DNA of 64,000 nucleotides from an uncultured Gammaproteobacteria bacterium (GTDB lineage: Bacteria > Patescibacteriota > Patescibacteriia > UBA9934), in contig CAZKGL010000001.1 of the NCBI GenBank assembly GCA_964552565.1, forward strand, positions 307,061-371,060, written 5' to 3'. Every line of letters starts with the position of its first letter. Position 1 is the first letter of the stretch. Shown piece by piece: positions 51,613-62,667 of this stretch. The notes under the pieces were generated by a model that was not told the origin of the DNA, searched no databases, and was given only the letters and a program-made list of their open reading frames with translations. The position numbers were made by a program, and so were the translations under genes.

Positions 51613-54255
51613 CTACTTTACCTTGATCTCGACCTCGTCCTTCTTCGCGTCGATCGTGACGATCGCTTCCTCTGGCACGTCGCCCTTGATGATCTTCATC
51701 GCAAGCGGGTCGAGGATGAGCGACTGGATGACGCGCTTGAGCGGCCGGGCGCCGTATTGCTGGTCGTACCCGCGGTCGCCGAGCAGTTTCTTCGCCTTCT
51801 CGGTAACGCGCAGCGTGATCTTCCGTTCTTCGGCAAGCCGCTTGCCGACGATGGCGAGCTGGAGGTCGACGATGCCGCCGATCTGCTCCGGCGTCAGCGC
51901 ATGGAAGACGATAACCTCGTCGATGCGGTTCAAGAACTCCGGGCGGAAGTGGTCGCCGAGCATGTCGAGCACCTTGTTGCGCAGCGTGTCTTCCTCGCGG
52001 CGCTCTTCGCCTTGGAATCCGAGGTCCACCACGCGACGGTCGGAGAGGATGATCTCCGAACCGATGTTCGACGTCATGATGATGATGGTGTTCTTGAAGT
52101 TGACGACGCGGCCCTTCGCGTCCGTCAGGCGGCCGTCGTCGAGGATCTGCAAGAGGATGTTGAAGACGTCGGGGTGTGCTTTCTCGATCTCATCGAACAG
52201 GACGACGGAGTACGGGTGGCGGCGGATCTTTTCCGTGAGCTGCCCAGCCTCATCGTAGCCGACGTAGCCCGGCGGCGAGCCGACCATCTTGCTCACGCTG
52301 TGGCGCTCCATGTACTCGCTCATGTCGAGGCGGACGAGCGACTTTTCGTCGTTGAACATGAACTCCGCCAGCGCCTTCGCGAGTTCGGTCTTGCCGACGC
52401 CGGTCGGGCCCATGAAGATGAACGAACCGATCGGGCGTTTCTCTTCGGCGATGCCGGCGCGCGAGCGGCGGAGCGCGTTACTCACCGCGCGGATCGCCTC
52501 CCCCTGGCCGACGACGCGCTTGCTGAGCTCGTCCTCCATGCGGGCGAGCTTGTCCATCTCGCTTTCGAGCATCTTCGACACCGGGATGTGCGTCCAGCGC
52601 GCGACGACCGCGGCGATGTCTTCTTCGCTGATGACTTCTTTCAAGAGCCCGCGCTCGCTCTGGAGGACTTTCAGCTCCGCCTCGGCCTTCCCGAGCTCTT
52701 CGCGCTTGTCCGGGATCTGCCCGTAGCGGATCTCTGCGACGCGCTCCAAGTTGCCGCGGCGCTCTTCAAACTCCGCCTCGCTTACCAGCTTGTCCATCTC
52801 GTTCTTGAGCGCACGGATGCCCTCGATGAGCCGCTTCTCGGAATTCCACGCGATCTCGAGCGCGCTCGACCGTTCCTTGATGTCGGCGATCTGCTTCTCG
52901 ATCTCCTTCAGCCGCGCCTTCGATTCCTTATCTTCCTCCTTGAGGAGCGCCTGGCGCTCGATCTGCAGACGCATCTCGTCGCGCTTCATGCGGTCGAGGT
53001 CTTCCGGCATCGAGTCGATCTGGAGGCGCAACGCCGACGCGGCTTCGTCGACGAGGTCGACGGCCTTGTCCGGCAACTGGCGGTCCGTGATGTAGCGCGC
53101 GGAAAGTTCCGCGGCCGCGATAATCGCGCTGTCGCTGATGCGCACGCCGTGGTGGATTTCGTAGCGCTCCTTGATGCCGCGGAGGATGGCGATGGTGTCT
53201 TCGACCGACGGTTCGTCGACCATGATCGGCTGGAAACGGCGTTCAAGCGCCTGGTCCTTCTCGATGTACTTCTGGTATTCCTTGGTCGTCGTCGCGCCGA
53301 CCACGCGCAGCTCGCCGCGGGCGAGGGCGGGCTTCAGGAGGTTCGACGCATCCATCGGCGCCTCGTCGCCTTTGCCCGCGCCGACAAGCATGTGCAGCTC
53401 GTCGATAAACAAGATCATCTTGCCGGCAGACTCGTGGATTTCGCGGATGACCGCTTTCAGGCGTTCTTCAAATTCGCCGCGGAACTTCGTCCCCGCGATG
53501 AGCGAGCCAAGGTCGAGCGAGACGACCTCCTTATTTTTGAGCGACTCGGGGACGTCGCCGGCGACAATGCGCTGGGCGAGGCCCTCGACGATCGCGGTCT
53601 TGCCGACGCCGGCCTCGCCGATGAGGACCGGGTTGTTCTTCGTGCGGCGCGACAAGACCTGCATGACGCGGCGGATCTCGCCGTCGCGGCCGATGACCGG
53701 ATCGAGTTTGCCGCGGCGCGCCATCTCGGTGAGGTTGATGCTGTACTTCTCGACGGCCTGATACTTCGCTTCCGGCTCCGCGCTGTCGACCCTCTGGTTG
53801 CCGCGGACTTCCTTGAGCGCCGCAAGCACGGCGTCTTCGTCGACGGCGTGGTTCCGCAGCATCTGCCCGGTCATCTTTTCTTCGAGGAGCGCGAGGAAGA
53901 GGTGTTCGGTTGAAATGAACTCGTCGCCGAACTGTTTTGCGCGCTTGACCGCACTCTGCAGGACGTGCGCGAGCGGCGGCGTCAAAAAGATCTGCCCCGG
54001 GGAAGGGGCTTCGACCGACGCGTGGCGCGGGATGGTGTCGAGCACGCGCATGATGTCGTTCTGGAGCGCGGTGAGCGGGACGCCGAGCTTGAGCAACAGC
54101 GTGATGACGATGCCGTCGTCCTGGGCGAGCAGGGCGGCGAGCAGATGGATGGGTTCGATGCCGTGCTGGCCGTTGTCCGCGGCGATCATCTGCGCCGCCT
54201 GCATGGCCTCGTTGGACTTGCTTGTAAAATTATTTGGCATCATACGGTCAATCAA
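51613..54255 (-). CDS. clpB: ATP-dependent chaperone ClpB
   Basis: Two AAA+ modules ([25 protein letters not shown]), the long coiled-coil middle domain, and a Clp N-domain. Confidence 0.9.
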   Translation of the reverse strand: MIDRMMPNNFTSKSNEAMQAAQMIAADNGQHGIEPIHLLAALLAQDDGIVITLLLKLGVPLTALQNDIMRVLDTIPRHASVEAPSPGQIFLTPPLAHVLQSAVKRAKQFGDEFISTEHLFLALLEEKMTGQMLRNHAVDEDAVLAALKEVRGNQRVDSAEPEAKYQAVEKYSINLTEMARRGKLDPVIGRDGEIRRVMQVLSRRTKNNPVLIGEAGVGKTAIVEGLAQRIVAGDVPESLKNKEVVSLDLGSLIAGTKFRGEFEERLKAVIREIHESAGKMILFIDELHMLVGAGKGDEAPMDASNLLKPALARGELRVVGATTTKEYQKYIEKDQALERRFQPIMVDEPSVEDTIAILRGIKERYEIHHGVRISDSAIIAAAELSARYITDRQLPDKAVDLVDEAASALRLQIDSMPEDLDRMKRDEMRLQIERQALLKEEDKESKARLKEIEKQIADIKERSSALEIAWNSEKRLIEGIRALKNEMDKLVSEAEFEERRGNLERVAEIRYGQIPDKREELGKAEAELKVLQSERGLLKEVISEEDIAAVVARWTHIPVSKMLESEMDKLARMEDELSKRVVGQGEAIRAVSNALRRSRAGIAEEKRPIGSFIFMGPTGVGKTELAKALAEFMFNDEKSLVRLDMSEYMERHSVSKMVGSPPGYVGYDEAGQLTEKIRRHPYSVVLFDEIEKAHPDVFNILLQILDDGRLTDAKGRVVNFKNTIIIMTSNIGSEIILSDRRVVDLGFQGEERREEDTLRNKVLDMLGDHFRPEFLNRIDEVIVFHALTPEQIGGIVDLQLAIVGKRLAEERKITLRVTEKAKKLLGDRGYDQQYGARPLKRVIQSLILDPLAMKIIKGDVPEEAIVTIDAKKDEVEIKVK

Positions 54256-54297
54256 TCTTGATATGGCCAGCCTGGGGGAGAAACAGCAAGCACTGGC

Positions 54298-54324
54298 TTA
54301 GCACTCTCAAGTATAGAGTGCTAA
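54298..54324. promoter_or_regulatory. CIRCE operator (HrcA site) TTAGCACTC-N9-GAGTGCTAA, upstream of clpB
   Basis: Perfect match to the CIRCE consensus, ~45 nt upstream of the clpB start. Confidence 0.85.
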
Positions 54325-54379
54325 GGAATAGTGCGTCAAGCATTGCCCTACGGCGGTTTCTTTGCTAATCTTTGGCGGT

Positions 54380-54787
54380 ATGACGACCTATCGACAGGCC
54401 GTGACCGTGATCGCATGGGTGCTGTTTTTTCATGTGCTCGGCGTCATTGCGCTCTACTCGTGGTACCCGCACTACGACATCCCGATGCATTACGCTGGCG
54501 GGGTGGCGATGGGCGTGCTCGGGTTCGCCCTGTGGGACCACGCGGTGCGCAGCGTGAGCTTCAGCGTCAAGAAGCCTTGGCTCAAGGACGCGTTCACGAC
54601 GGTGTGCATCCTCGGGTTTGTAGCGCTCATCGGGATCGGCTGGGAGTGGTTCGAGTTCGCGTTCGACATGGCGGTTGCGGACCGTTTCGATTTCGGCCTC
54701 GCGCAACTCGGGCTTGCGGACACGATGGGCGACTTTTTCTTTGACCTCGCGGGCGGCCTTTCGGCCGTCTTGTGGCGGAAGGTATGA
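54380..54787 (+). CDS. Hypothetical polytopic membrane protein
   Basis: Hydrophobic ORF. The start at 54362 or 54380 is uncertain. Confidence 0.4.
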   Translation: MTTYRQAVTVIAWVLFFHVLGVIALYSWYPHYDIPMHYAGGVAMGVLGFALWDHAVRSVSFSVKKPWLKDAFTTVCILGFVALIGIGWEWFEFAFDMAVADRFDFGLAQLGLADTMGDFFFDLAGGLSAVLWRKV

Positions 54788-55587
54788 CGAGCGTGACGCT
54801 CCTCGGCGTGCGGGTCGACGACATCGGCCGCGACGAAGCGCGGAGCGTGTTTGCGTGTTGGCTCGCGGAGGACGGGCGGCACGTCGTGAGCACGCCCAAC
54901 CCGGAGTTCGTGCTGCTTGCGCAACGCGACGAGGCGTTCCGTGCGCGGCTGAACGCGAGCGACCTCGCGCTTCCCGACGGGGTGGGGCTGCGCTTTGCGA
55001 GCGCGGCGCTGACCGACCATGTCATCCGCAACCGCGTTCCCGGCGTTGACGCGCTCGCCATGCTTGCCGAGCTCTGCGCGGCGCGCGGCCTTCGGATGCT
55101 CCTTGTCGGGTCGCAGCCATCGCTCGTCCAGGCGGCGAACGTCCTCCGGTCGCGCTTTCCCGGCATCGACATCGTTTGTGTCGACCCGGGCCACGTGGAC
55201 AGGGAAGGGGAGCTGGGTGATGACGCACTTCGCCGCATCCGTGAGGCCGAGGCCGCAGTCATCGCGGTCGGGCTGGGGCAGGGGAAACAGGAGGCGTGCA
55301 TCGCCCGGTATGTCCACGAATGGCCGGGCGTTCGGGTCGCGATCGGCGTCGGCGGCGCATTTGCGATGATTGGCGGCGTCCTGCCGCGCGCGCCGCGCGT
55401 CATGCGGGCCATGGGCCTGGAATGGGTTTGGCGCGTGGTGCGCGAACCGAAGCGCCTGCGCCGTATCCTCGCCGCGTTTCCGGGCTTTCCTGCGGTCGTG
55501 GTATGGACTACACTGCGTCAACGAAGGTTTGTGCGCGCCTGCCGCCGCGCGATCCCCGAAATATTCCGCCAACTCCTTGGACGATAA
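54784..55587 (+). CDS. WecB/TagA/CpsF-family glycosyltransferase (GT26)
   Basis: LLGVRVDD...VSTPNPEFV...LPDGVGL...VGSQP are family motifs. Confidence 0.7.
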   Translation: MTSVTLLGVRVDDIGRDEARSVFACWLAEDGRHVVSTPNPEFVLLAQRDEAFRARLNASDLALPDGVGLRFASAALTDHVIRNRVPGVDALAMLAELCAARGLRMLLVGSQPSLVQAANVLRSRFPGIDIVCVDPGHVDREGELGDDALRRIREAEAAVIAVGLGQGKQEACIARYVHEWPGVRVAIGVGGAFAMIGGVLPRAPRVMRAMGLEWVWRVVREPKRLRRILAAFPGFPAVVVWTTLRQRRFVRACRRAIPEIFRQLLGR

Positions 55588-55588
55588 T

Positions 55589-57049
55589 ATGACCATCCGC
55601 ACCCGTATCGCGCCGTCGCCGACCGGCTTCATGCATATCGGCACGCTCCGTACCGTCATGTTCGACTACTTCGTCGCACGCCAGGCCGGCGGCCAGTTCA
55701 TCGTGCGCATCGAGGATACGGACCAGGGGCGCTTTGTCCCGGGTGCACTTGAGAGTTTGCTTGGCACGTTCCAAAAGCTTGGCATCGATTACGACGAGGG
55801 GCCGGCGTTGCAGCCGGACGGCAGCGTCTCCGAAAAGGGCGACTACGGCCCGTACACGCAGTCGAAGCGCTTGGATATCTATACGAAGTACGCGGAGCAG
55901 CTGGTGGATGCCGGGCACGCGTACGCCTGCTTCTGTTCGTCCGAGCGGCTCGAGGAGATGCGCGCGGCACAGACTGCGGCCAAACAGACGCCGAAGTACG
56001 ACCGCCGCTGCCTCGCCCTCGCGAAGGACGAGGTCGCCTCGCGCCTTGCCGCGGGCGAACCGCACGTCATCCGCATGAAGATCCCCGAAGGCACTGTCGC
56101 ATTCGAGGACGCAATCCGCGGACGCATCGAGTTCAACCTTGCCGACGTCGACGACCAGGTCATCGTGAAGTCGGACGGCTTCGCGACGTACCATCTTGCC
56201 GTTGTCGTCGACGACCACCTCATGAAGATCTCGCACGTGCTCCGCGGCGAAGAGTGGATCTCGTCGACGCCGAAGCAGATCGTGCTCCACGACATGCTCG
56301 GGTGGACGATGCCGGTGTACGCGCATGTCCCGCTCATCCTCAACCCGGACAAGACGAAGCTGTCGAAGCGCAAGGGCGACGTCTCCGTCGAAAGCTATCT
56401 CGCGAAGGGCTATCTTCCGGAGGCGCTCATCAACTTTATCAGCACGCTCGGCTTCAACCCGAAGTCCGACCAGGAGATCTACACGCGCGACGAACTTGTG
56501 CGGCTGTTCGACCTGTCGAAGGTCAACCGCGGCGGCGCCGTGATGAACATCGACAAGCTCGATTGGATGAACCACCACTACATCATGCAGCTTTCGGACG
56601 ACGCGCTGTACGAGGCGGTTCGGCCGTTCGGCGTCGATGCCACGACGGATGTCGCCCGCCGCGCGCTGCGCACGGAGCGCGCCCGCGTCAACCGCCTCAC
56701 GGAATTCGCGGAAAAGATCGCCCCGTACCTTGCGTTGCCCGTCTATGACCCCGCCGTCCTCGTATGGAAAAAGGCGGACAAGGCCGACGCCGTTGCGCAA
56801 CTGACGAACGTCGGGACGTTTCTTGCGGAGGTATCGGACGAAACGTTTGCGCAAACCGCGCTTCTCGAAGGGGCGCTGAAGGAGTATATTGAAGGCAACG
56901 GGCTGTCGAACGGCAACGTGCTCTGGCCGTTGCGCGTCGCGCTCTCCGGGCTGGAGAAGTCGGCGAGTCCGTACGAGCTCCTGTGGGCGCTCGGCAAGAC
57001 CGAATCCCTTGCGCGCATCGCTGCCGCGCTTGGGCGACTTAACGCCTAG
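55589..57049 (+). CDS. gltX: Glutamyl-tRNA synthetase
   Basis: RIAPSPTGFMHIGTLRT (HIGH) and KLSKRKG (KMSKS). Start at MTIRTR inside a longer ORF frame. Confidence 0.9.
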   Translation: MTIRTRIAPSPTGFMHIGTLRTVMFDYFVARQAGGQFIVRIEDTDQGRFVPGALESLLGTFQKLGIDYDEGPALQPDGSVSEKGDYGPYTQSKRLDIYTKYAEQLVDAGHAYACFCSSERLEEMRAAQTAAKQTPKYDRRCLALAKDEVASRLAAGEPHVIRMKIPEGTVAFEDAIRGRIEFNLADVDDQVIVKSDGFATYHLAVVVDDHLMKISHVLRGEEWISSTPKQIVLHDMLGWTMPVYAHVPLILNPDKTKLSKRKGDVSVESYLAKGYLPEALINFISTLGFNPKSDQEIYTRDELVRLFDLSKVNRGGAVMNIDKLDWMNHHYIMQLSDDALYEAVRPFGVDATTDVARRALRTERARVNRLTEFAEKIAPYLALPVYDPAVLVWKKADKADAVAQLTNVGTFLAEVSDETFAQTALLEGALKEYIEGNGLSNGNVLWPLRVALSGLEKSASPYELLWALGKTESLARIAAALGRLNA

Positions 57050-57052
57050 TCC

Positions 57053-58261
57053 ATGCACCGCGGAGGAATCGCATGCATCGCAACCATCCTCTTTGCCGCC
57101 GTCCTCATCTTGGCCGGCGGCCCTCAGGCGTTTGCAGAAACGTCGTCGGAAGAAATCAACGAGATGAAGTCGGAGATCGACGAGCGGCGCGCAAGCATCG
57201 ATGACATCAACCGCAAGCTTGACGCGTACCGCGAGAAGATCACGCAGTACTCGTCGCAATCCGCGTCGCTCATGAACGATATCGCGCTTATTGAAAACCA
57301 GGCCGCGATGGCGGAGCTCGATATCGCGGCGACGCGCAACGAAATCGAAGCGCAAACGCTCGAAGTGTCGTTGCTTGAAGCGCGCATCCGCGAGCAGAAC
57401 GCGGAGCTCGACTCGCAGCGCGCTATGCTGTCGGGCATGCTGTTTTCGCTGCACCAGCACGAGGAGCGCGGTCTCGTCACGACGCTGTTCGGTTCGGACA
57501 GTTTTCACGAGGCGTTCGATAGCGTCGTCCAGCTTGAAGAGGTGAACGCCGGTCTCGCGCGCGCGGTCGATGCGACCAAGACGACGCGTGCAAACCTTGA
57601 AGCAGACAGGGCCGAGCACGAACTTAAGCTCGCGTCGCTGCTTGACCTGGAACGCGAGCTTGAAGAGCGCGTGCAGAAACTCGCCGTCCAGCAGGAGGCG
57701 AAGGAGGTGCTCGTCGCGCAGACGGCGTCGAGCGAGGCGGAGTACCGCACGCTCATGAGCGAACTCAGGCAAGAGCAGCAGTACATCGCGTCGCAGATCG
57801 CCAAGCTGCAGGCGGAGATGCAGGGAAAAATCGACGCGGCGGACGAGATGGGGGACTCCACGGTAATGACGTGGCCCCTCACTGGCATCATCACCACTAC
57901 ATTTCACGACCCTACCTACCCGTTCCGCCATTTGTTCGAGCACTCGGGGCTAGATATCGCGATCCCTGTCGGCACCTCGGTCGAGGCGTCGGCACCAGGC
58001 TACGTGGCGTGGGCCCGGACCGGCCGCCAATACGGCAACTACGTCATGATCATCCATGCGAACGGCATGGCGACGCTGTACGCGCACTTGATGCGCATCG
58101 ACGTCGTACCGGACCAGTACGTAACCCGAGGCGACCAGATCGGCCTTTCCGGCGGAAAGCCCGGCATGGCTGGCGCAGGCCTTTCAACCGGCCCCCATCT
58201 CCACTTTGAGATCCGCAAAGACGGTATTCCCGTCGACCCGATGCTGTACTTGGTCGATTAG
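57053..58261 (+). CDS. M23-family peptidase with an N-terminal coiled coil (EnvC-like murein hydrolase activator)
   Basis: C-terminal HxxxD / HxH M23 core (GLDIAIPVGTSV...GPHLHFEIR). Confidence 0.75.
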   Translation: MHRGGIACIATILFAAVLILAGGPQAFAETSSEEINEMKSEIDERRASIDDINRKLDAYREKITQYSSQSASLMNDIALIENQAAMAELDIAATRNEIEAQTLEVSLLEARIREQNAELDSQRAMLSGMLFSLHQHEERGLVTTLFGSDSFHEAFDSVVQLEEVNAGLARAVDATKTTRANLEADRAEHELKLASLLDLERELEERVQKLAVQQEAKEVLVAQTASSEAEYRTLMSELRQEQQYIASQIAKLQAEMQGKIDAADEMGDSTVMTWPLTGIITTTFHDPTYPFRHLFEHSGLDIAIPVGTSVEASAPGYVAWARTGRQYGNYVMIIHANGMATLYAHLMRIDVVPDQYVTRGDQIGLSGGKPGMAGAGLSTGPHLHFEIRKDGIPVDPMLYLVD

Positions 58262-58724
58262 GATTTCGTCAGAATTTCTCTTTTGATTTCAGGGGTACTA
58301 GGATACCCCTGGTTTAATACAGCGCATTTAAATTGGTCGCGGTTTTTGGCGACGTGGCGGGGGAAGGGCCTCTTTGGTAGACGCGGATGTTTTTGGGGTT
58401 CGTCGGCGCTTGCATCGTACTGAGAGCTTCATAATTTTGCGATCGTGAAGTTATGAAGCTCGGCGAGCGTGGGAGTGTGGCTCGTGCCTCTGGTCGCTTC
58501 GTTTTTATAGGAGGAGGGGAGGATTGCGACACGTCGGTCTTGGACCGCCGGCGGCATTCCTGAGGTTATGGTTCTTGGAATGTATATTGTGCGACACTAT
58601 GGATCGCGTAGGCCAACATGCGGCGCCTGAGTCCTCCTCCCTCCCCCCACCCGACGATTTTTGACAACAGCAGCTGCTTGCACGTAAGAGTCCAAGTATG
58701 GTTTGCTATATGCAAATTTCTTTT

Positions 58725-60128
58725 ATGCAAAAAATCATTTCGCGTGCGGCGGCGTTTGTTGCACTCACGGCGCTCCTCGTTCCTTCGTCGACCGTCCGCG
58801 CGACAACCGACGTGTCCGGTAATGTCCCCCACGTGGTGTCGATCATTTGCGGCAACATCGTTGGGAATGATTACGTCGCGATTTCCCAGGGCTCGGGCGT
58901 CATCATCGGCGACAACGACATCATCACGAACGTCCACGTCATTACCGACGAGGACGGCGTCAGTTACCTGGAATGGTGCGTCGGCGGGACTGCGGAGAAT
59001 TCGTACAGCGAGCCGTATTACGCCTTTCTCCTCTACCCCACCGAGTTCGCGCGCAATGACGAGTACTTCGATTACGTGTTCATGGACGCCTACAACGACG
59101 ACGGCACGCCGTACGAGTTCGATTCGTACGCCGTCGCCGCGAACGCCGATTCCATGGTCCTGAGCGAGGACATCGTCCTCATGGGCTTTCCGGCCTCCGC
59201 GGGCTCGACCGTCACGGTGACCGAGGGCACGATAAGCGGCTACTACGGGACCAACTGGATCAAGACGGACGCCATTGCGGATTCGGGCAGCTCGGGCGGC
59301 GGCGCGTTCGACGTGGCCGGCAACCTATTCGGCATTCCGACGGCGGTCGTTGAGGGCGACTACAACTCCTACACGTACATCCAAAACATCAATGCGATTT
59401 TTGAGGACGCCTTCGGCGAGGATATCGCGGTGCGCGATTACGGCACCTTGTACGAGACAGAGAATATCTTCTGCCTCTACGACGTCTGTTACCAATACGC
59501 GCCGGACGAAAACACATGGGCGGAGAACCTCGAGGTCGATGAGGATGTGGTCGACGACGATGCTGAGGCGCTGATCGACGAGGTGGAAGACGATACGGAA
59601 GTGGAGGCGACCGAGGACGAAGCGGCCGCCGACGATGAACTCGTGTACACCGTCCCGGACCATGCGGTCTACGCTGAGGCGTCGTACGATGCGGCGATGC
59701 AATCGCGCGTCAAAGGCTACATCCTCCTCCAGGTACAGCAGCACGGCGAGGCGTGGTACGTGCACACGCAGGACGGCTTGCGCTACTACATGCGCGACGG
59801 CGCGATTGCCTACCAGATGATGCGCACCTTCGGCCTTGGCATCACGGATGCGGACCTCGAGGCTATCCCCGCGGTCGACACGGTCGAGGAGATGCGCACG
59901 GCGACGAGCGTGTGCAGTACGAACTCCCTAGCAAACCGCGTGAAGGGGCAGATCCTCCTCCAGGTGCAGCAGCACGGCGAGGCGTGGTACGTCCATCCGG
60001 ACACCTGCCGTCGCGTCTACATGAAAGACGGCGACGTCGCGTACTCGACGATGCGCTATCTCAGCCTCGGAATCACCGATGGCGATCTGGCAAAGCTTCC
60101 CTACTCGAGCGAATTGGAGATCAAGTGA
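58725..60128 (+). CDS. Secreted trypsin-like serine protease with two C-terminal ~55-aa tandem repeat domains
   Basis: Signal peptide, His TNVHV, Ser DSGSSGGGA. The repeats are VKGYILLQVQQHGEAWYVH... and VKGQILLQVQQHGEAWYVH... An alternative start is at 58710. Confidence 0.6.
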   Translation: MQKIISRAAAFVALTALLVPSSTVRATTDVSGNVPHVVSIICGNIVGNDYVAISQGSGVIIGDNDIITNVHVITDEDGVSYLEWCVGGTAENSYSEPYYAFLLYPTEFARNDEYFDYVFMDAYNDDGTPYEFDSYAVAANADSMVLSEDIVLMGFPASAGSTVTVTEGTISGYYGTNWIKTDAIADSGSSGGGAFDVAGNLFGIPTAVVEGDYNSYTYIQNINAIFEDAFGEDIAVRDYGTLYETENIFCLYDVCYQYAPDENTWAENLEVDEDVVDDDAEALIDEVEDDTEVEATEDEAAADDELVYTVPDHAVYAEASYDAAMQSRVKGYILLQVQQHGEAWYVHTQDGLRYYMRDGAIAYQMMRTFGLGITDADLEAIPAVDTVEEMRTATSVCSTNSLANRVKGQILLQVQQHGEAWYVHPDTCRRVYMKDGDVAYSTMRYLSLGITDGDLAKLPYSSELEIK

Positions 60129-60158
60129 TACAAGAGCGCGCCGTGGGGCGCGCTCTTG

Positions 60159-60635
60159 TTATTTCTGCAGTGCAGCGAGGTCGCGGAGCACTTCGTCGAC
60201 GTGCCCACTGACCTTCACGTTCTCATATACCTTGCGGACGACGCCTTCAGGGTCGATGAGGAGCGTCGTGCGGACGATCCCCATGTATTTCTTCCCCATC
60301 ATCGACTTCTGTTGCCAGACTCCATACGCCTCGAGCGCCGTGCGGTCTTCATCCGACAGCACGGGAAAGTTCAGCTGTTCGACCTCCGCGAATTTGGCAT
60401 GGCGTTTGACGGAGTCTGCCGAAACGCCGAGCACCGCCGCGCCTGCGGCCTTCACGCGGCCGAGGTTGTCGCGGAAGTTGCACGCCTCGATGGTACAGCC
60501 CGGGGTCATGTCCTTCGGATAAAAGTAGAGGACGAGCCATGCGCCCGCATAGTCGCGGAGCGCGTGGGCGTTTCCCTCCTGGTCGTGGAGCGAGAACGCG
60601 GGTGCCTTTTTGCCGAGCAGTTCTGATGGATGCAT
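60159..60635 (-). CDS. bcp: Peroxiredoxin, Bcp type
   Basis: YFYPKDMTPGCTIEAC is the peroxidatic-Cys motif. Confidence 0.8.
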   Translation of the reverse strand: MHPSELLGKKAPAFSLHDQEGNAHALRDYAGAWLVLYFYPKDMTPGCTIEACNFRDNLGRVKAAGAAVLGVSADSVKRHAKFAEVEQLNFPVLSDEDRTALEAYGVWQQKSMMGKKYMGIVRTTLLIDPEGVVRKVYENVKVSGHVDEVLRDLAALQK

Positions 60636-60636
60636 A

Positions 60637-61521
60637 TTATCGCGATTTGATATAGACGTGATTGCCGAAACGCAGGTCGACATACTCGAGTGACGCGAGC
60701 GGCTGTTCGCTGCCATGCCGGAATGCGTCGAACATGGCCAGCGTCTCGGTAAGGTCGAGCGTGAGGTCAACAAGGATCGCGGTGTCGGATGTTTCCGCGG
60801 TTGTCCAAGGCGACGAGGCCTCCTCGACCGTGTACCGGAGCGGCACAAGCTCACGGTCGCGCAACGCGGCATCGAGTGTCAAGATCCGTTCGAGCATAAG
60901 GGACGAGAGGACCGGCTGCCCGAGCGTCACGGTTTCTCCCTTCAGGTTTTCAATGATCGGCATGGTGGGCTGCAGTCCGGGGGCAAACGGCACGTCCGCA
61001 GCGTTCGCCACGCGCGCCGTAATCTGCGCCTTGGCCTCTTCGCTCGCCTCGCTCACCGCGATCCCCGTGAGGTCGACGAGGGATGTGGCCCCCGCGGAGA
61101 TCCACGCGACCTGCGTGATACGTTCTTTCGCATCGATGACGAGCGTACGGCCTTCGCGCCGGAGCGTGAGCGATGCGAAATTGTAGGCCGCCTGGAGGTC
61201 GTGTTCGATGCGGCCGCGATGGGCAAAGACGAGATGGCGGCCGGGGATGACGAGGAGCCGCCGTTTGTCGAGCGTCGTTTCGACCGTGGCGCGGACGTCG
61301 TCGACGGAGAGCGTGGTCAGCCCGTCGATGCGGACATCGCGATACGCCAAGAACGGCGCGAAGAGGAACAGGCTGCCCGCACCGACGACGATCGCCAGGA
61401 ATACGGCCAGGACGATGCCGCGCGGGATGCGCCGAGGCTCATGCGAAAAAAACGGGTTGCGCAGCTTGCGCCCCGAGTATGCGTGTGCTTGGAACGATCG
61501 GGTGAAGTTCCGATGCTTCAT
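60637..61521 (-). CDS. ftsQ: Cell division protein FtsQ/DivIB-like
   Basis: N-terminal TM, then a POTRA-like region (YRDVRIDGLTTLS). Confidence 0.55.
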   Translation of the reverse strand: MKHRNFTRSFQAHAYSGRKLRNPFFSHEPRRIPRGIVLAVFLAIVVGAGSLFLFAPFLAYRDVRIDGLTTLSVDDVRATVETTLDKRRLLVIPGRHLVFAHRGRIEHDLQAAYNFASLTLRREGRTLVIDAKERITQVAWISAGATSLVDLTGIAVSEASEEAKAQITARVANAADVPFAPGLQPTMPIIENLKGETVTLGQPVLSSLMLERILTLDAALRDRELVPLRYTVEEASSPWTTAETSDTAILVDLTLDLTETLAMFDAFRHGSEQPLASLEYVDLRFGNHVYIKSR

Positions 61522-62666
61522 ACGACAACCCGCGGCAAGTGCGCGCTGATGCGCGTCACCACCTCATAGTTGATTGTAGCAAGTTTTTCCGCAATCTCCT
61601 CGGCCGAGACGGTCCCGATCCCTTCCCTGCCGATGATGGTCGCGACATCGTCCGGTTTGACCTGGGCGATCGCGGAGACGTCGACCATGGCCATGTTCAT
61701 GCAGACGCGGCCGACGACCGGGCACGGACGGCCGTGGACAAGCACTTTGCCGCCGTTCGACAGCCCGCGGTCGAACCCGTCGTAATAGCCGACCGGGAGC
61801 ACCGCGATGCGCATGGGGCGGTTGGCGATGAAGGTGCGGTCATAGCCGATGCCCCCGCCTGCAGGCACGTCTTTTACCTGCGCGATGCGCGCTTTCCAGG
61901 ACAGCACGGGCGTGAGTTCACACGCCCTGCCGCGCTGCACGGCGATCTTGATGTCACGGCTCGGCCACAGGCCGTACAACGCAATACCCGCGCGTACCAT
62001 GGTGCCTTGGACATGGCGCGCGAAAATCGTCGCCGCACTGTTTGCCGCGTGGACGAACGGGACCTCGATGCCGTACGTGTGGCAGAGCGCGCGTGCCTCC
62101 TCGAGCGCGGCGAACTGTGTATCGACGATGTGCTGGCTCGCCACATCTTCGGCGGACGAGAGGTGCGTGGAAATCCCGACGAGCATGGCGCTGCGCTGCG
62201 CGCGCTGGATGCGCTGGAGAAGCGACGGGAGGGCGCGCAGGGGCACGCCGAGGCGGTTCAGCCCGGTCTCGACCTCGATGTTGATGAGCGCGGTGCCTTG
62301 CGCGGCGACCGCGGCCTCGATAAGCGCGTCGACGCCGGCTTCGTCGTACAGGTGCGCGACGGCGCGGCATGCGACGACGTCGGCCATGCGCTCATGCGGC
62401 ACCATGCCGGCGATGAAGATTGCGGCCTCCGGCGCGTGGCGGCGCACGACGTTCGCCTCGTCGATGCTGTCGACGCCGAAGTGCCCTACCCCCGCCTCGT
62501 GGAGGAGCCGCGTCGTCAATGCAATGTCGTGGCCGTATGCGTTTGCCTTGACGAATGCGCAAAGCGAGACACCCGGTTCGAGCGCGGCACGCAGTGTGGC
62601 GACATTTGCATGAAGAGCCGGGCGGGAAATCTCCACCCAGCTCCGCATTCCCAAGGGGATGTGCAC
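61518..62666 (-). CDS. alr: Alanine racemase
   Basis: AFVKANAYGHD is the PLP-lysine motif; also a C-terminal domain. Confidence 0.85.
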   Translation of the reverse strand: MHIPLGMRSWVEISRPALHANVATLRAALEPGVSLCAFVKANAYGHDIALTTRLLHEAGVGHFGVDSIDEANVVRRHAPEAAIFIAGMVPHERMADVVACRAVAHLYDEAGVDALIEAAVAAQGTALINIEVETGLNRLGVPLRALPSLLQRIQRAQRSAMLVGISTHLSSAEDVASQHIVDTQFAALEEARALCHTYGIEVPFVHAANSAATIFARHVQGTMVRAGIALYGLWPSRDIKIAVQRGRACELTPVLSWKARIAQVKDVPAGGGIGYDRTFIANRPMRIAVLPVGYYDGFDRGLSNGGKVLVHGRPCPVVGRVCMNMAMVDVSAIAQVKPDDVATIIGREGIGTVSAEEIAEKLATINYEVVTRISAHLPRVVV

Positions 62667-62667
62667 A

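Noticed and set aside
58262-58724. RNase P RNA, SRP RNA or tmRNA in the long non-coding gap
   Set aside because: The diagnostic conserved motifs (GAAAGTCCGGGCT, AGGTCCGGAAGGAAGCAGC, tmRNA tag/acceptor ends) are absent. The region is left as an unclassified structured leader or sRNA candidate.
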